Part shown: piece after piece, positions 20,801 through 30,932 of the stretch
Layout of the letters: each line of letters begins with the position of its first letter
Numbering within the stretch: position 1 is the stretch's first letter
Source: Mycolicibacterium smegmatis
GTDB lineage: Bacteria > Actinomycetota > Actinomycetes > Mycobacteriales > Mycobacteriaceae
Direction of reading: 5' to 3'
NCBI RefSeq assembly: GCF_001457595.1
Contig: NZ_LN831039.1
Span: 5,340,001 to 5,372,000, forward strand
Length of the DNA stretch: 32,000 nt
The notes under the pieces: model-generated
What the model was told of the DNA's origin: nothing
The model's database searches: none
Seen by the model: only the letters and a program-made list of their open reading frames with translations
Translations under genes and position numbers: made by a program

Positions 20801-21175
20801 CTACAGCTGCTTGATGTCAGCCGGTGACCAGTACGCCTTCATGGACGTGATCCGGCCGTCGCCGTCGAACGTCATCACCTCGATCGGCTCGATCCGCATG
20901 GCGTTGCCGATGGTGATGGCGAACAGGAAGGCCGCCTCGCTCCCGCCGGGACGGAAGCTCAGCAGCTCGGTCTTGATGTCGGTCGTCGCGGCGGTCATGT
21001 TCTTGTAGAACCCCTCGATGGCCTGGCGCCCGATGTGCACCTCGCCACTGCCGACCGGGTCCTCCACCGTCGCGTCGTCGGCGTACAGCGCGGCGATGTC
21101 GGCCGCGGAACCTCCTGCGACAGTGTCCAGGTAACGCTTGACGAACGACTCCAAGGCGGCGGCATCGTGGCTCAT
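20801..21175 (-). CDS. NTF2/SnoaL-like (ketosteroid-isomerase-like) small protein
   Basis: 124 aa starting FVKRYLDTVAGGSAADIAALYADDATVEDPVGS..., the typical SnoaL/KSI-like opening. ATG 21175 is 11 nt after the upstream gene stop. Confidence 0.72.
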   Translation of the reverse strand: MSHDAAALESFVKRYLDTVAGGSAADIAALYADDATVEDPVGSGEVHIGRQAIEGFYKNMTAATTDIKTELLSFRPGGSEAAFLFAITIGNAMRIEPIEVMTFDGDGRITSMKAYWSPADIKQL

Positions 21176-21186
21176 GGCCGCTGACG

Positions 21187-23160
<1,974 letters not shown>

Positions 23161-23179
23161 ACCACCACCCTAGGCGTGG

Positions 23180-23458
23180 CTACTCCGAACCCTTGGCCGT
23201 TCCGTTCTCCGGGGTGCTGTCCGGTTCGATCACGACGGTGCCCTCGTCGGCCTCTTGATCGGGTTCGGGGTGCTCGGGATCGAACGACTCCGGCAGGTTG
23301 CGCAGGTGCCGGTTCATCGACCACACCAGCGCGAACGTGCCGACCAGCAGTACGACGGTGATCAGCAGACCGAACGGTGCGGCCTTGCCGAACTCGGGGC
23401 CGGTGTTGCGGGGCTCGTCGGCCAGAAGAGTCACGACGGCCGTCAAGGTGTCGATCAT
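23180..23458 (-). CDS. Small single-pass membrane protein (Rv1083-like)
   Basis: [16 protein letters not shown]...[18 protein letters not shown] followed by an acidic tail. ATG 23456-23458 overlaps the mca stop (23455-23457) as ATGA. Confidence 0.7.
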   Translation of the reverse strand: MIDTLTAVVTLLADEPRNTGPEFGKAAPFGLLITVVLLVGTFALVWSMNRHLRNLPESFDPEHPEPDQEADEGTVVIEPDSTPENGTAKGSE

Positions 23459-24321
23459 GGCTCGACCCCCTTGAACAGGTCGTCCTCGGGCAGCGTGACC
23501 GGCACGCGGGCCCGCGCGAGCTCGAACTCCTCGGTCGGCCACAACCGCTGCTGCCACTCGATCGGGGCGTGGAAGAAGTCGCCCTTGGGATCGATCTGTG
23601 TCGCGTGCGCACGCAACGCGTCGTCACGCTGGTGGAAGTACTCCGCGCAGTGCACGCGGGTGGTCACCCGGTTGGCGAACACGTCGTTGTCGGGATCCCA
23701 GTGCTCGAGCCATTTGGCGAACGGGCCCTCCTGCCCGTTCTTGGCGAACTCCTCCTGCAGGAGCTGCATGCGCTGACGGAGGAAGCCATGGTTGTAGTAC
23801 AGCTTCTGCACCGCCCACGGCTCACCGGCGTCGGGATACAGCAGGTGGTCGGCCGCGGCCTCGTACGCGGCCACCGACACCTGGTGGCAGCGGATGTGGT
23901 CGGGATGCGGGTAACCACCGTTCTCGTCGTACGTGGTCATCACGTGCGGGCGGAACTCGCGGATCACCCGCACCAGACGCTTGACGGGCTCCTCGAGCGG
24001 GACCAGGGCGAAACACCCGTCGGGCAGCGGCGGCAGCGGGTCACCCTCCGGCAATCCGGAGTCGACGAAACCCAGCCAGTGGTGCTCGACACCCAGGATC
24101 TCGGCCGCTTTGGCCATCTCGTCACGGCGCACCTCGGCGATCCGGCCGTGGACCTCGGGCAGGTCCATCGCCGGATTGAGAATGTCTCCGCGCTCGCCGC
24201 CGGTCAGGGTCACCACCATGACGCGGGCACCCTCGGCCGCGTAGCGCGCGGTGGTTGCCGCACCCTTGCTGGACTCGTCGTCCGGGTGGGCATGCACCGC
24301 CATCAACCGCAGTTCACTCAT
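23455..24321 (-). CDS. mca: Mycothiol S-conjugate amidase
   Basis: [31 protein letters not shown]...[10 protein letters not shown] is near-identical to Rv1082 (LmbE-like AHPDDE motif). ATG 24321 matches the Mca N-terminus. Confidence 0.93.
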   Translation of the reverse strand: MSELRLMAVHAHPDDESSKGAATTARYAAEGARVMVVTLTGGERGDILNPAMDLPEVHGRIAEVRRDEMAKAAEILGVEHHWLGFVDSGLPEGDPLPPLPDGCFALVPLEEPVKRLVRVIREFRPHVMTTYDENGGYPHPDHIRCHQVSVAAYEAAADHLLYPDAGEPWAVQKLYYNHGFLRQRMQLLQEEFAKNGQEGPFAKWLEHWDPDNDVFANRVTTRVHCAEYFHQRDDALRAHATQIDPKGDFFHAPIEWQQRLWPTEEFELARARVPVTLPEDDLFKGVEP

Positions 24322-24432
24322 TTCGTTCCATCTAACTACGGCGACCCTTTGCCTAATCCTTCGCCCATGTCCGTTCACCCCGACCGGCCGTTCGGCCGGC
24401 CATCTGACGGTGGCTACCCGTTTGTCCCCGCC

Positions 24433-24438
24433 TATAGT
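24433..24438 (+). promoter_or_regulatory. Candidate -10 hexamer (TATAGT) for the Rv1081c-like gene
   Basis: TATAGT lies 10 nt upstream of ATG 24449, which implies a very short leader. Confidence 0.3.
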
Positions 24439-24448
24439 TCCAGTTCTG

Positions 24449-24877
24449 ATGATCGAACGCCCCGCCGCCCGGTACGGATCCCGCGAGCAACCGCGCCTCA
24501 GCCGCCGCTGGATCCTGATCGCGGTGGCAGCACTGGTGCTCGTCGCGGGTGTGATCGTCGCGGTCGTGGCGTATCAGCGCTTCGGCAGCGGCGAGGTGAA
24601 AGGCGAGCTCACGGGCTATCAACTTCTTGACGACGAAACGGTCCAGGTGACCATCGGGGTCGAGCGGCCCGACCCGTCCAAGCCCGTCGTCTGCATCGTC
24701 CGCGCACGGTCGAAAGACGGCAGCGAAACCGGGCGGCGCGAGATCCTGGTCCCGCCGGGAAGCGATCGTGTGGTGCAAGTCACCGCCGAGGTGAAGTCCA
24801 CGCGCAAACCCGTCATGGGCGACATCTACGGATGCGGCACCGATGTCCCGTCGTACCTGGTGACACCGCAGACCTGA
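24449..24877 (+). CDS. Single-pass membrane protein, Rv1081c-like (DUF4307-like, from memory)
   Basis: [42 protein letters not shown], then a beta-rich domain. Divergent from mca and upstream of greA, as in M. tuberculosis. Confidence 0.75.
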   Translation: MIERPAARYGSREQPRLSRRWILIAVAALVLVAGVIVAVVAYQRFGSGEVKGELTGYQLLDDETVQVTIGVERPDPSKPVVCIVRARSKDGSETGRREILVPPGSDRVVQVTAEVKSTRKPVMGDIYGCGTDVPSYLVTPQT

Positions 24878-24879
24878 GT

Positions 24880-24909
24880 GACGCAACCAACACGGAATGG
24901 CATTGCGTC
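24880..24909 (+). terminator. Hairpin immediately after the Rv1081c-like gene stop
   Basis: GACGCAA (24880-24886) pairs with TTGCGTC (24903-24909) around a 16-nt loop, starting 3 nt after the stop codon. Confidence 0.22.
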
Positions 24910-24931
24910 GACGACCCGGTGGTACGATTGT

Positions 24932-24990
24932 GCGATACACGGTTTCCCGCTGGGGCCGTGTATTGCTGCATTAGCGGTCAAAAAACCGCT
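24932..24990 (+). promoter_or_regulatory. Two stable hairpins in the sequence upstream of greA (putative leader)
   Basis: Hairpin 24932-24966: GCGATACACGG pairs with CCGTGTATTGC, giving 11 bp with one G-U pair and a 13-nt loop. Hairpin 24973-24990: AGCGGT-caaaaa-ACCGCT. A TACGAT hexamer at 24923-24928 could place the TSS just upstream of both. Confidence 0.35.
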
Positions 24991-25077
24991 TGCCGTGCCG
25001 GCAATACACGCGCATCCTCCGGGCCTGAACAGACTTTCGTACAAAGCGCGAGACGACGACGACAGGAGCGCGAAGAC

Positions 25078-25572
25078 ATGACCGATACCCAGGTCACCTG
25101 GCTCACCCAGGAGGCGTTCGACCGGTTGAAGGCGGAGCTGGACCAGCTGATCGCCAACCGGCCGGTGATCGCCGCCGAGATCAACGACCGCCGCGAAGAG
25201 GGCGACCTGCGCGAGAACGGCGGCTATCACGCCGCGCGCGAGGAGCAGGGCCAGCAGGAGGCCCGCATCCGCCAGCTGCAGGAGCTGCTCAACAACGCCA
25301 AGGTCGGCGAGGCCCCCAAGCAGTCCGGTGTGGCGCTGCCCGGCTCGGTGGTCAAGGTGTACTACGACGACGACGAGAACGACACCGAGACGTTCCTGAT
25401 CGCCACCCGCCAGGAGGGCATCAGCGACGGCAAGCTCGAGGTCTACTCCCCCAACTCGCCGCTGGGCGGCGCACTGCTCGACGCCAAGGTCGGCGAATCG
25501 CGCACCTACACCGTGCCCAGCGGCAACGTGGTGAAGGTGACGCTCGTCAGCGCTGAGCCGTATCAAGGCTGA
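25078..25572 (+). CDS. greA: Transcription elongation factor GreA
   Basis: [57 protein letters not shown]; 164 aa, near-identical to Rv1080c. GGAG lies about 10 nt upstream. Confidence 0.96.
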   Translation: MTDTQVTWLTQEAFDRLKAELDQLIANRPVIAAEINDRREEGDLRENGGYHAAREEQGQQEARIRQLQELLNNAKVGEAPKQSGVALPGSVVKVYYDDDENDTETFLIATRQEGISDGKLEVYSPNSPLGGALLDAKVGESRTYTVPSGNVVKVTLVSAEPYQG

Positions 25573-25596
25573 CGCGGCGCCGCCGGGGCGACGCAC

Positions 25597-25602
25597 TACA
25601 GT
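25597..25602 (+). promoter_or_regulatory. Candidate -10 hexamer (TACAGT) for the leaderless GPP34-like gene
   Basis: The sequence reads TACAGT cgggggg ATG, giving 7-nt spacing. Confidence 0.3.
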
Positions 25603-25609
25603 CGGGGGG

Positions 25610-26290
25610 ATGGCGCGGATCGCCGAAGATCTCTTCTTGCTGCTGCTCGACAACGCGTCTGCACAGCCTGGACTCGATCGACGCAGGCGTGAACGTGTGC
25701 TCGGTGCCGCGGTGTTGTTGGACCTGGCCTACATGTGCCGTGTCCGGCCTGCCCTGGCCGGTGAACCGGTCCCGGCGGGCCGACTCATCGCGCTGGCCGG
25801 GCAGTTTCCGCCCGACCCCGTCGCCGATCCGGCGTTCGAGGTGTTGCGCAGAAAGCCGCTCACCCCGCAGGCCGCGTTGGCCAAGCTCGGCGGGCCGACC
25901 CAGACCCACCTTGAGTCACACCTGCAGGCGATGGGTCAGATTCAGCGAGTCCGCATGCCCGGCAAGGGATTTCCGGGACGCGGCCGCTACTGCTGGCCCC
26001 TGACCAACCGTGACCGGGTGAGCGGCGCGCGTGCGGCGTTGCTCGCCGCGTTGTTCGACGGGCACAACCCCACGCCGCCGGTCGCCGCGATCATCTGCCT
26101 GTTGCACTCGGTCGACGGTTTGGGCGCAGTGCTGAGCCTCAACGAGCGCGGGTGGCGCTGGGTGCATGCCCGCGCCACCGAGATCGCCACGGGCAGTTGG
26201 GTCGACGAGAACGCCACGGCACTGCCCGAGATGAACCTGGCGGTCACGACCTCGGCGGTACGCCCGGCGTTGATCGCCCTGCTGGACTGA
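25610..26290 (+). CDS. GPP34/GOLPH3-like family protein
   Basis: N-terminal IAEDLFLLLLDN... and overall helical pattern are typical of bacterial GPP34-family proteins. 226 aa. Confidence 0.75.
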   Translation: MARIAEDLFLLLLDNASAQPGLDRRRRERVLGAAVLLDLAYMCRVRPALAGEPVPAGRLIALAGQFPPDPVADPAFEVLRRKPLTPQAALAKLGGPTQTHLESHLQAMGQIQRVRMPGKGFPGRGRYCWPLTNRDRVSGARAALLAALFDGHNPTPPVAAIICLLHSVDGLGAVLSLNERGWRWVHARATEIATGSWVDENATALPEMNLAVTTSAVRPALIALLD

Positions 26291-26298
26291 GAAAGAAC

Positions 26299-27453
26299 TC
26301 AGCCCAGGGCCTGCTCCAGGTCGGCCAGCAGGTCCGCTGAGTGCTCGATGCCGACCGACAGCCGCACCAGGTCGTCGGGCACCTCGAGCTGCGAGCCCGC
26401 GGTCGACGCGTGGGTCATCGCGCCCGGGTACTCGATCAGCGACTCGACCCCGCCCAGCGACTCGGCGAGGATGAAGATCTCTGTGCGCGAGCACAAGTCA
26501 CGCGCGGCCTGTGGGCCACCACGCAACCGCACCGACACCATACCGCCGAAGCCGGTCATCTGCCGTGCCGCGACGTCGTGGTTGGGGTGGCTGGGCAGAC
26601 CGGGGTACAGCACGGTCTGGACCGCGGGATGCCCGTCGAGGAATTCCGCGATCAGCGCGGCGTTCTCGCTGTGCTGACGCATCCGCAGCACCAGGGTCTT
26701 CAGTCCGCGCATGGTCAGGTACGCGTCGAACGGTCCGGGCACACCGCCCGCGCCGTTCTGCAGGAACGCGAACGCGGCGTCGAGTTCCTCGTCGTTGGTC
26801 AGCAGCGCACCGCCGACGACGTCGGAGTGACCGCCGATGTACTTGGTGGTCGAGTGCAGCACGATGTCGGCGCCCAACAGCAGCGGCTGCTGCAGAGCCG
26901 GTGAGGCAAACGTGTTGTCCACCAACACCTTCACACCCGACGACGACGCGATCTGCACTATGCCCGCGATGTCGGCGACGTTCAGCAGCGGGTTGGTCGG
27001 GGTCTCGACCCAGATCAGGCGGGTCTTGGGCGTGATCGCCGAGCGCACCGAGTCGAGGTCGCTCAGCGCGGCCGGGGTGTGGCTGATGCCCCAGTGCGTG
27101 AAGACCTTGTCGATGAGCCGGAACGTGCCGCCGTAGGCGTCGTCGGGGATCACGACGTGATCGCCCGGACGCAGCACCGCACGCAGCGCGCAGTCGGTGG
27201 CGGCCATGCCCGAGCTGAACGCCCGGCCGAAGCGCGCCTCCTCGACCGCGGCCAGCGCGGCCTCGAGGGACTGCCGCGTCGGGTTGCCGGTGCGGGCGTA
27301 CTCGAACCCGCCGCGGAGCCCACCGACCCCGTCCTGGGCGAACGTCGAGCTGGCGTAGATCGGCGTGTTGACGGCACCGGTCGCCGGGTCAGGCTGGTAA
27401 CCGGCATGGATGGCTTTCGTGGCCAGACCGTGCCACTTGCGGTGTTCACTCAT
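26299..27453 (-). CDS. metB: Cystathionine gamma-synthase (Cys/Met-metabolism PLP enzyme)
   Basis: PLP-lysine context HSTTKYIGGHSD. 384 aa, collinear with Rv1079. Confidence 0.93.
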   Translation of the reverse strand: MSEHRKWHGLATKAIHAGYQPDPATGAVNTPIYASSTFAQDGVGGLRGGFEYARTGNPTRQSLEAALAAVEEARFGRAFSSGMAATDCALRAVLRPGDHVVIPDDAYGGTFRLIDKVFTHWGISHTPAALSDLDSVRSAITPKTRLIWVETPTNPLLNVADIAGIVQIASSSGVKVLVDNTFASPALQQPLLLGADIVLHSTTKYIGGHSDVVGGALLTNDEELDAAFAFLQNGAGGVPGPFDAYLTMRGLKTLVLRMRQHSENAALIAEFLDGHPAVQTVLYPGLPSHPNHDVAARQMTGFGGMVSVRLRGGPQAARDLCSRTEIFILAESLGGVESLIEYPGAMTHASTAGSQLEVPDDLVRLSVGIEHSADLLADLEQALG

Positions 27454-27492
27454 AACGTGTCGAGCCTATCGGGACGGGTGTAGACATGGACC

Positions 27493-28683
27493 ATGGCTCC
27501 ATCCAACGCGGCGGCCGGGACGACGGCGGTCGCCGACCTGCTCGACACAGATTCGATGCTCAACCCCGAGGAACTGGAGCTGCGCAGCACCGTACGCCGG
27601 TTCGGCGAGCAACGCCTGCGGCCATTTGTCGCAGAGTGGTTCGAATCCGGTTCGGTGCCGGTGCGCGAACTGGCCACCGAGTTCGGCAAGCTGGGCCTGC
27701 TCGGCATGCACCTGGAGGGTTACGGCTGCGGCGGCTCATCGGCCACGGCGTACGGCGTCGCCTGCCAGGAACTCGAGGCCGTGGACAGCGGCCTGCGCAG
27801 CATGGTGTCGGTGCAGGGATCGCTGGCCATGTTCGCCATCCACGCGCACGGCAGCGAGGAGCAGCGCGAGCAGTGGCTGCCGCGAATGGCCACGGGCGAG
27901 GTGATCGGCTGCTTCGGGCTCACCGAACCGGACTTCGGCTCCAACCCGTCGGGTATGCGCACGACCGCGCGGCGCGACGGCTCCGACTGGATCCTCAACG
28001 GTTCGAAGATGTGGATCACCAACGGCTCAGTGGCCGACGTCGCGATCGTGTGGGCGCGTTCCGAGGACGGCATCCTGGGGTTCGTGGTGCCGACGGACAC
28101 CCCGGGCTTCGTCGGCCGCGAGATGAAGCACAAGCTGTCGCTGCGGGCGTCGAACACCTCCGAGTTGCATCTCGACGATGTGCGTCTGCCCGCCGAGGCA
28201 CAGTTGCCGAACGCCAGAGGGCTGTCGGGCCCGTTGGCGTGCCTCTCCGAGGCGCGTTTCGGCATCGTGTTCGGTTCGGTCGGCGCGGCGCGCGACTGCC
28301 TGGAGGCAACGCTGGACTACGTCGGCACCCGTGAGGTGTTCGACAAGACACTCGCGTCCTACCAGATCACGCAGACCAAGATCGCCGACATGGCAGTCGA
28401 ACTCAGCAAGGCGCAGCTACTGGCGCTGCACCTGGGCAGGCTCAAGGACGCGGGCAGGATCTCCCCCGAGCAGGTCAGCGTCGGCAAGCTCAACAATGTC
28501 CGCGAGGCTCTCGAGATCGCCAGGCAGTGCCGAACCCTGTTGGGCGCCAACGGGATCACGCTGGAGTACCCGGTGCTGCGGCACGCCAACAACCTGGAGT
28601 CGGTGCTGACCTACGAGGGCACCTCCGAGGTGCACCAGATGGTCATCGCCCAGGCGCTGACCGGTGTCAGCGCATTTCGTTGA
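27493..28683 (+). CDS. Acyl-CoA dehydrogenase, glutaryl-CoA-dehydrogenase-like
   Basis: GLTEPDFGSNPSGM, WITNG and C-terminal RHANNLESVLTYEGTSEVHQMVIAQALTG resemble the GCDH subfamily. 396 aa. Confidence 0.9.
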   Translation: MAPSNAAAGTTAVADLLDTDSMLNPEELELRSTVRRFGEQRLRPFVAEWFESGSVPVRELATEFGKLGLLGMHLEGYGCGGSSATAYGVACQELEAVDSGLRSMVSVQGSLAMFAIHAHGSEEQREQWLPRMATGEVIGCFGLTEPDFGSNPSGMRTTARRDGSDWILNGSKMWITNGSVADVAIVWARSEDGILGFVVPTDTPGFVGREMKHKLSLRASNTSELHLDDVRLPAEAQLPNARGLSGPLACLSEARFGIVFGSVGAARDCLEATLDYVGTREVFDKTLASYQITQTKIADMAVELSKAQLLALHLGRLKDAGRISPEQVSVGKLNNVREALEIARQCRTLLGANGITLEYPVLRHANNLESVLTYEGTSEVHQMVIAQALTGVSAFR

Positions 28684-29404
28684 ACCCCGGCGGATTTTGC
28701 GGCGGGTACGGCGGATACGGCTGCTGGTACTGCGGCGCGTAGGCCTGCTGGAACTGCTGCTGCGGCGGATAGGACAACTGCGGCGGCTGCCGGTCGACCG
28801 GCACGCACACCGTCGTCATGATCTTGTCGGCCAGGGTCTGCCGCTTGGCGTCCCACAGCGGGAACAGGTAACCGACGTAGCAGATCAGACCGTCGACGAT
28901 GTGGGCCACCTGGCGCACCAGTGACATCAGGAAGCCGATGGGCTGCCCGGTCTGCTCGCTGACCACCTTGAACTTCATGACGCTCTTGCCGATGCTCTGC
29001 CCCGTGGTGCCCTGACGGTAGCCCATGTTCCACACGCCGTACGCGATCGGCGCGAGCGACAGCACGAAGATCAGGACGGCGGCGACAATGCCCACACCGG
29101 TGGTGATCTCACCGTCGGAGGACCCCTGGGACGCGCCGGCCAGAATCCCGAAGACGACGAGATAACCGATCACGGTGACAACCGCGATGGGCAACTGATC
29201 GATGACGAACGCGATCACCCGGTCGAACCAGGGCGTGTACGCCTGCGGGTTCGGCACGGTCGGCGGCCCGTACGGGCCGGGCACCGGGGTCTGATACGGG
29301 TTCGGTTGCCACGGTGGCGGATAACCACCCTGCGGGCCCGGATGACCACCCGGGTGCGGGCCATACGGAGCCGGTCCCGGCCCCTGCGGCGGCAGCTGAG
29401 TCAT
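28667..29404 (-). CDS. pra: Proline-rich RDD-domain membrane protein (Pra/Rv1078 homologue)
   Basis: GKSVMKFKVVSEQTGQPIGF...FPLWDAKRQTLADKIMTTVCVPV matches my memory of M. tuberculosis Pra. N- and C-terminal tails are rich in Pro/Gln/Tyr. Confidence 0.85.
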   Translation of the reverse strand: MTQLPPQGPGPAPYGPHPGGHPGPQGGYPPPWQPNPYQTPVPGPYGPPTVPNPQAYTPWFDRVIAFVIDQLPIAVVTVIGYLVVFGILAGASQGSSDGEITTGVGIVAAVLIFVLSLAPIAYGVWNMGYRQGTTGQSIGKSVMKFKVVSEQTGQPIGFLMSLVRQVAHIVDGLICYVGYLFPLWDAKRQTLADKIMTTVCVPVDRQPPQLSYPPQQQFQQAYAPQYQQPYPPYPPQNPPGFNEMR

Positions 29405-29491
29405 GCGTCGATGATCCCACGCGAAACGGCGCCCACGCCGCGTGACTTTTTGCAGCGTGGGCGCCGTGACGAGACGCCGGAACCTAACGGC

Positions 29492-30625
29492 TCACTGGGT
29501 GGGCGGTGCGATCGGTGCGCCGGTGAGGCGACGGAACGCGTACACCTCGATCAGGGCCACCAGCGGGTAGGCCACGAGAAGTCCGATGCCACAGGCGATC
29601 GCGCCCGCGAGCAGCAGCAGGAAGATCACCACGGCGGTGATGAAGACCGTGCCGAAGTTGGCCTTGCTGAGCTCGAAGCTGGTCTTCACCGCGTCCACGC
29701 CGGACAGGTTGCGGTCGAGGACCGCGACCGTGGTGAACAGGAAGAGCACCGCGATGATCGCCGAGGCGATCAGCAGCACCGGAACCCCGACGAACAGGTA
29801 GCCCGGTACGAAGAACCCCGGGAACAGCAGGATCGCCGCCACCACGAAGTTGATCACGCCGACGATCACCGTCGCGATGATGACGTCACCGACGTTGCGC
29901 GGCTTGAAGAACGACCCGATGGTCACCGGTTGCCCGTTGGCGATCTCCAAAACGCCGCTGATGTAAGCGGCTTGGATGACGGCGGTGACGATGAGCGTGA
30001 TGATGGCGCCGATGATCGAGACGACGCCGCCGCCGGTCGCCATCGACAGTTCGAAGCCGTCGGCCGAGCTGGTCGAGGTGAACGCTCCGGAGATGCCGTT
30101 GACGATGCCCTGCAGGATGGCGTAGACCAGCCCGAACACCAGTGCGGGAACGATCATCTCGACGGCGTGCTTGGAGAACTTGTTCCAGGCCCACGAGAAC
30201 GCGTCGCCGACGCTGTAGGCGCCACCGAAGCCCGGCGCACCCACCGGGGCGTAACCCCCGGGCTGACCGAAGCCGCCTGCGGGCGGGTATCCCGCGCCTG
30301 GTCCGCCCGGGTAACCCGGCGGCGGGTAGCCCGCCGCTCCCGGCGGAGGCGGCGGCGGATAGCTTCCGCCCTGCGGCGGCGGAGGCGGTGGGTAACCGCC
30401 GGGGGGCGGCGGCGGGAAGCCACCCTGCGGAGGAGGCGGGTAGCCTCCCGGCGGCGGGGGTGGCGGGTAACCGCCCTGCGGTGGCGGGCCGAAACCGCCC
30501 GGTTGCGCAGGGGGATAGCCGCCGTCCGGCGGCGGGGGCGGCGGGTAGCCGCCGTCGGGCGGCGGGGGCGGCGGGTAGCCGCCGTCGGGCGGCGGCGGGT
30601 TGTTGCCCGGAGGCTGATCAGTCAC
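29492..30625 (-). CDS. Second proline-rich polytopic membrane protein (GGYPPPPPP repeats plus multi-TM domain)
   Basis: About 130 aa of (D/Q)GGYPPPPPP-type repeats, followed by about 240 aa with several hydrophobic helices. GTG 30625 (VTDQPPG...) has AGGAGAG about 10 nt upstream. The ORF is also open to GTG 30664. Confidence 0.7.
   Translation of the reverse strand: MTDQPPGNNPPPPDGGYPPPPPPDGGYPPPPPPDGGYPPAQPGGFGPPPQGGYPPPPPPGGYPPPPQGGFPPPPPGGYPPPPPPQGGSYPPPPPPGAAGYPPPGYPGGPGAGYPPAGGFGQPGGYAPVGAPGFGGAYSVGDAFSWAWNKFSKHAVEMIVPALVFGLVYAILQGIVNGISGAFTSTSSADGFELSMATGGGVVSIIGAIITLIVTAVIQAAYISGVLEIANGQPVTIGSFFKPRNVGDVIIATVIVGVINFVVAAILLFPGFFVPGYLFVGVPVLLIASAIIAVLFLFTTVAVLDRNLSGVDAVKTSFELSKANFGTVFITAVVIFLLLLAGAIACGIGLLVAYPLVALIEVYAFRRLTGAPIAPPTQ
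30511..30600 (-). repeat. In-frame 30-bp tandem repeat x3 encoding PPPPPPDGGY
   Basis: TAGCC recurs at 30516, 30546 and 30576 with near-identical 30-nt units, inside the 5' part of the proline-rich membrane protein gene. Confidence 0.85.
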
Positions 30626-30881
30626 GTTGCAAGCTCTCCTCACCTCGGATAGCGACCGCGGCACGGCCGCGACTTTCTACCAGCACCTGGATGCGGCGCG
30701 AACGAACAACTCCACAGGCAGATTACGCATCGCACGCGCCGTCGTTAGCTGCTTCGACATGGCCGCAACCTGCGTCGGCAAGACCACGGGCGGTCGTGTA
30801 TGGCCGGTCATGGCGCCTTCCCGTCGGGTTTGCTGACCCTGAGCGAGCCCACCTTACCTGGGAAGCCGCTGACAGCAGCGC

Positions 30882-30904
30882 ATTCCACGCGGCGTGCGCG
30901 GAAT
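30882..30904 (-). terminator. Imperfect hairpin about 30 nt downstream of cbs
   Basis: ATTCC..CGCG pairs with CGCGGAAT, giving 5+3 bp with a 2-nt bulge. No U-tract. Weak. Confidence 0.2.
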
Positions 30905-30932
30905 CTGCGGACGCGGCGCGGATGGGGGCAAC

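Noticed and set aside
24826-25653. 275-aa minus-strand ORF
   Set aside because: It is antisense to greA and its upstream region. It has no motif and is a shadow ORF.
26287-26302. CTGAG-aaagaa-CTCAG hairpin containing the stop codons of the convergent GPP34-like and metB genes
   Set aside because: The stem is only 5 bp, too weak to call a terminator. It is noted as a curiosity of the 8-nt convergent gap.
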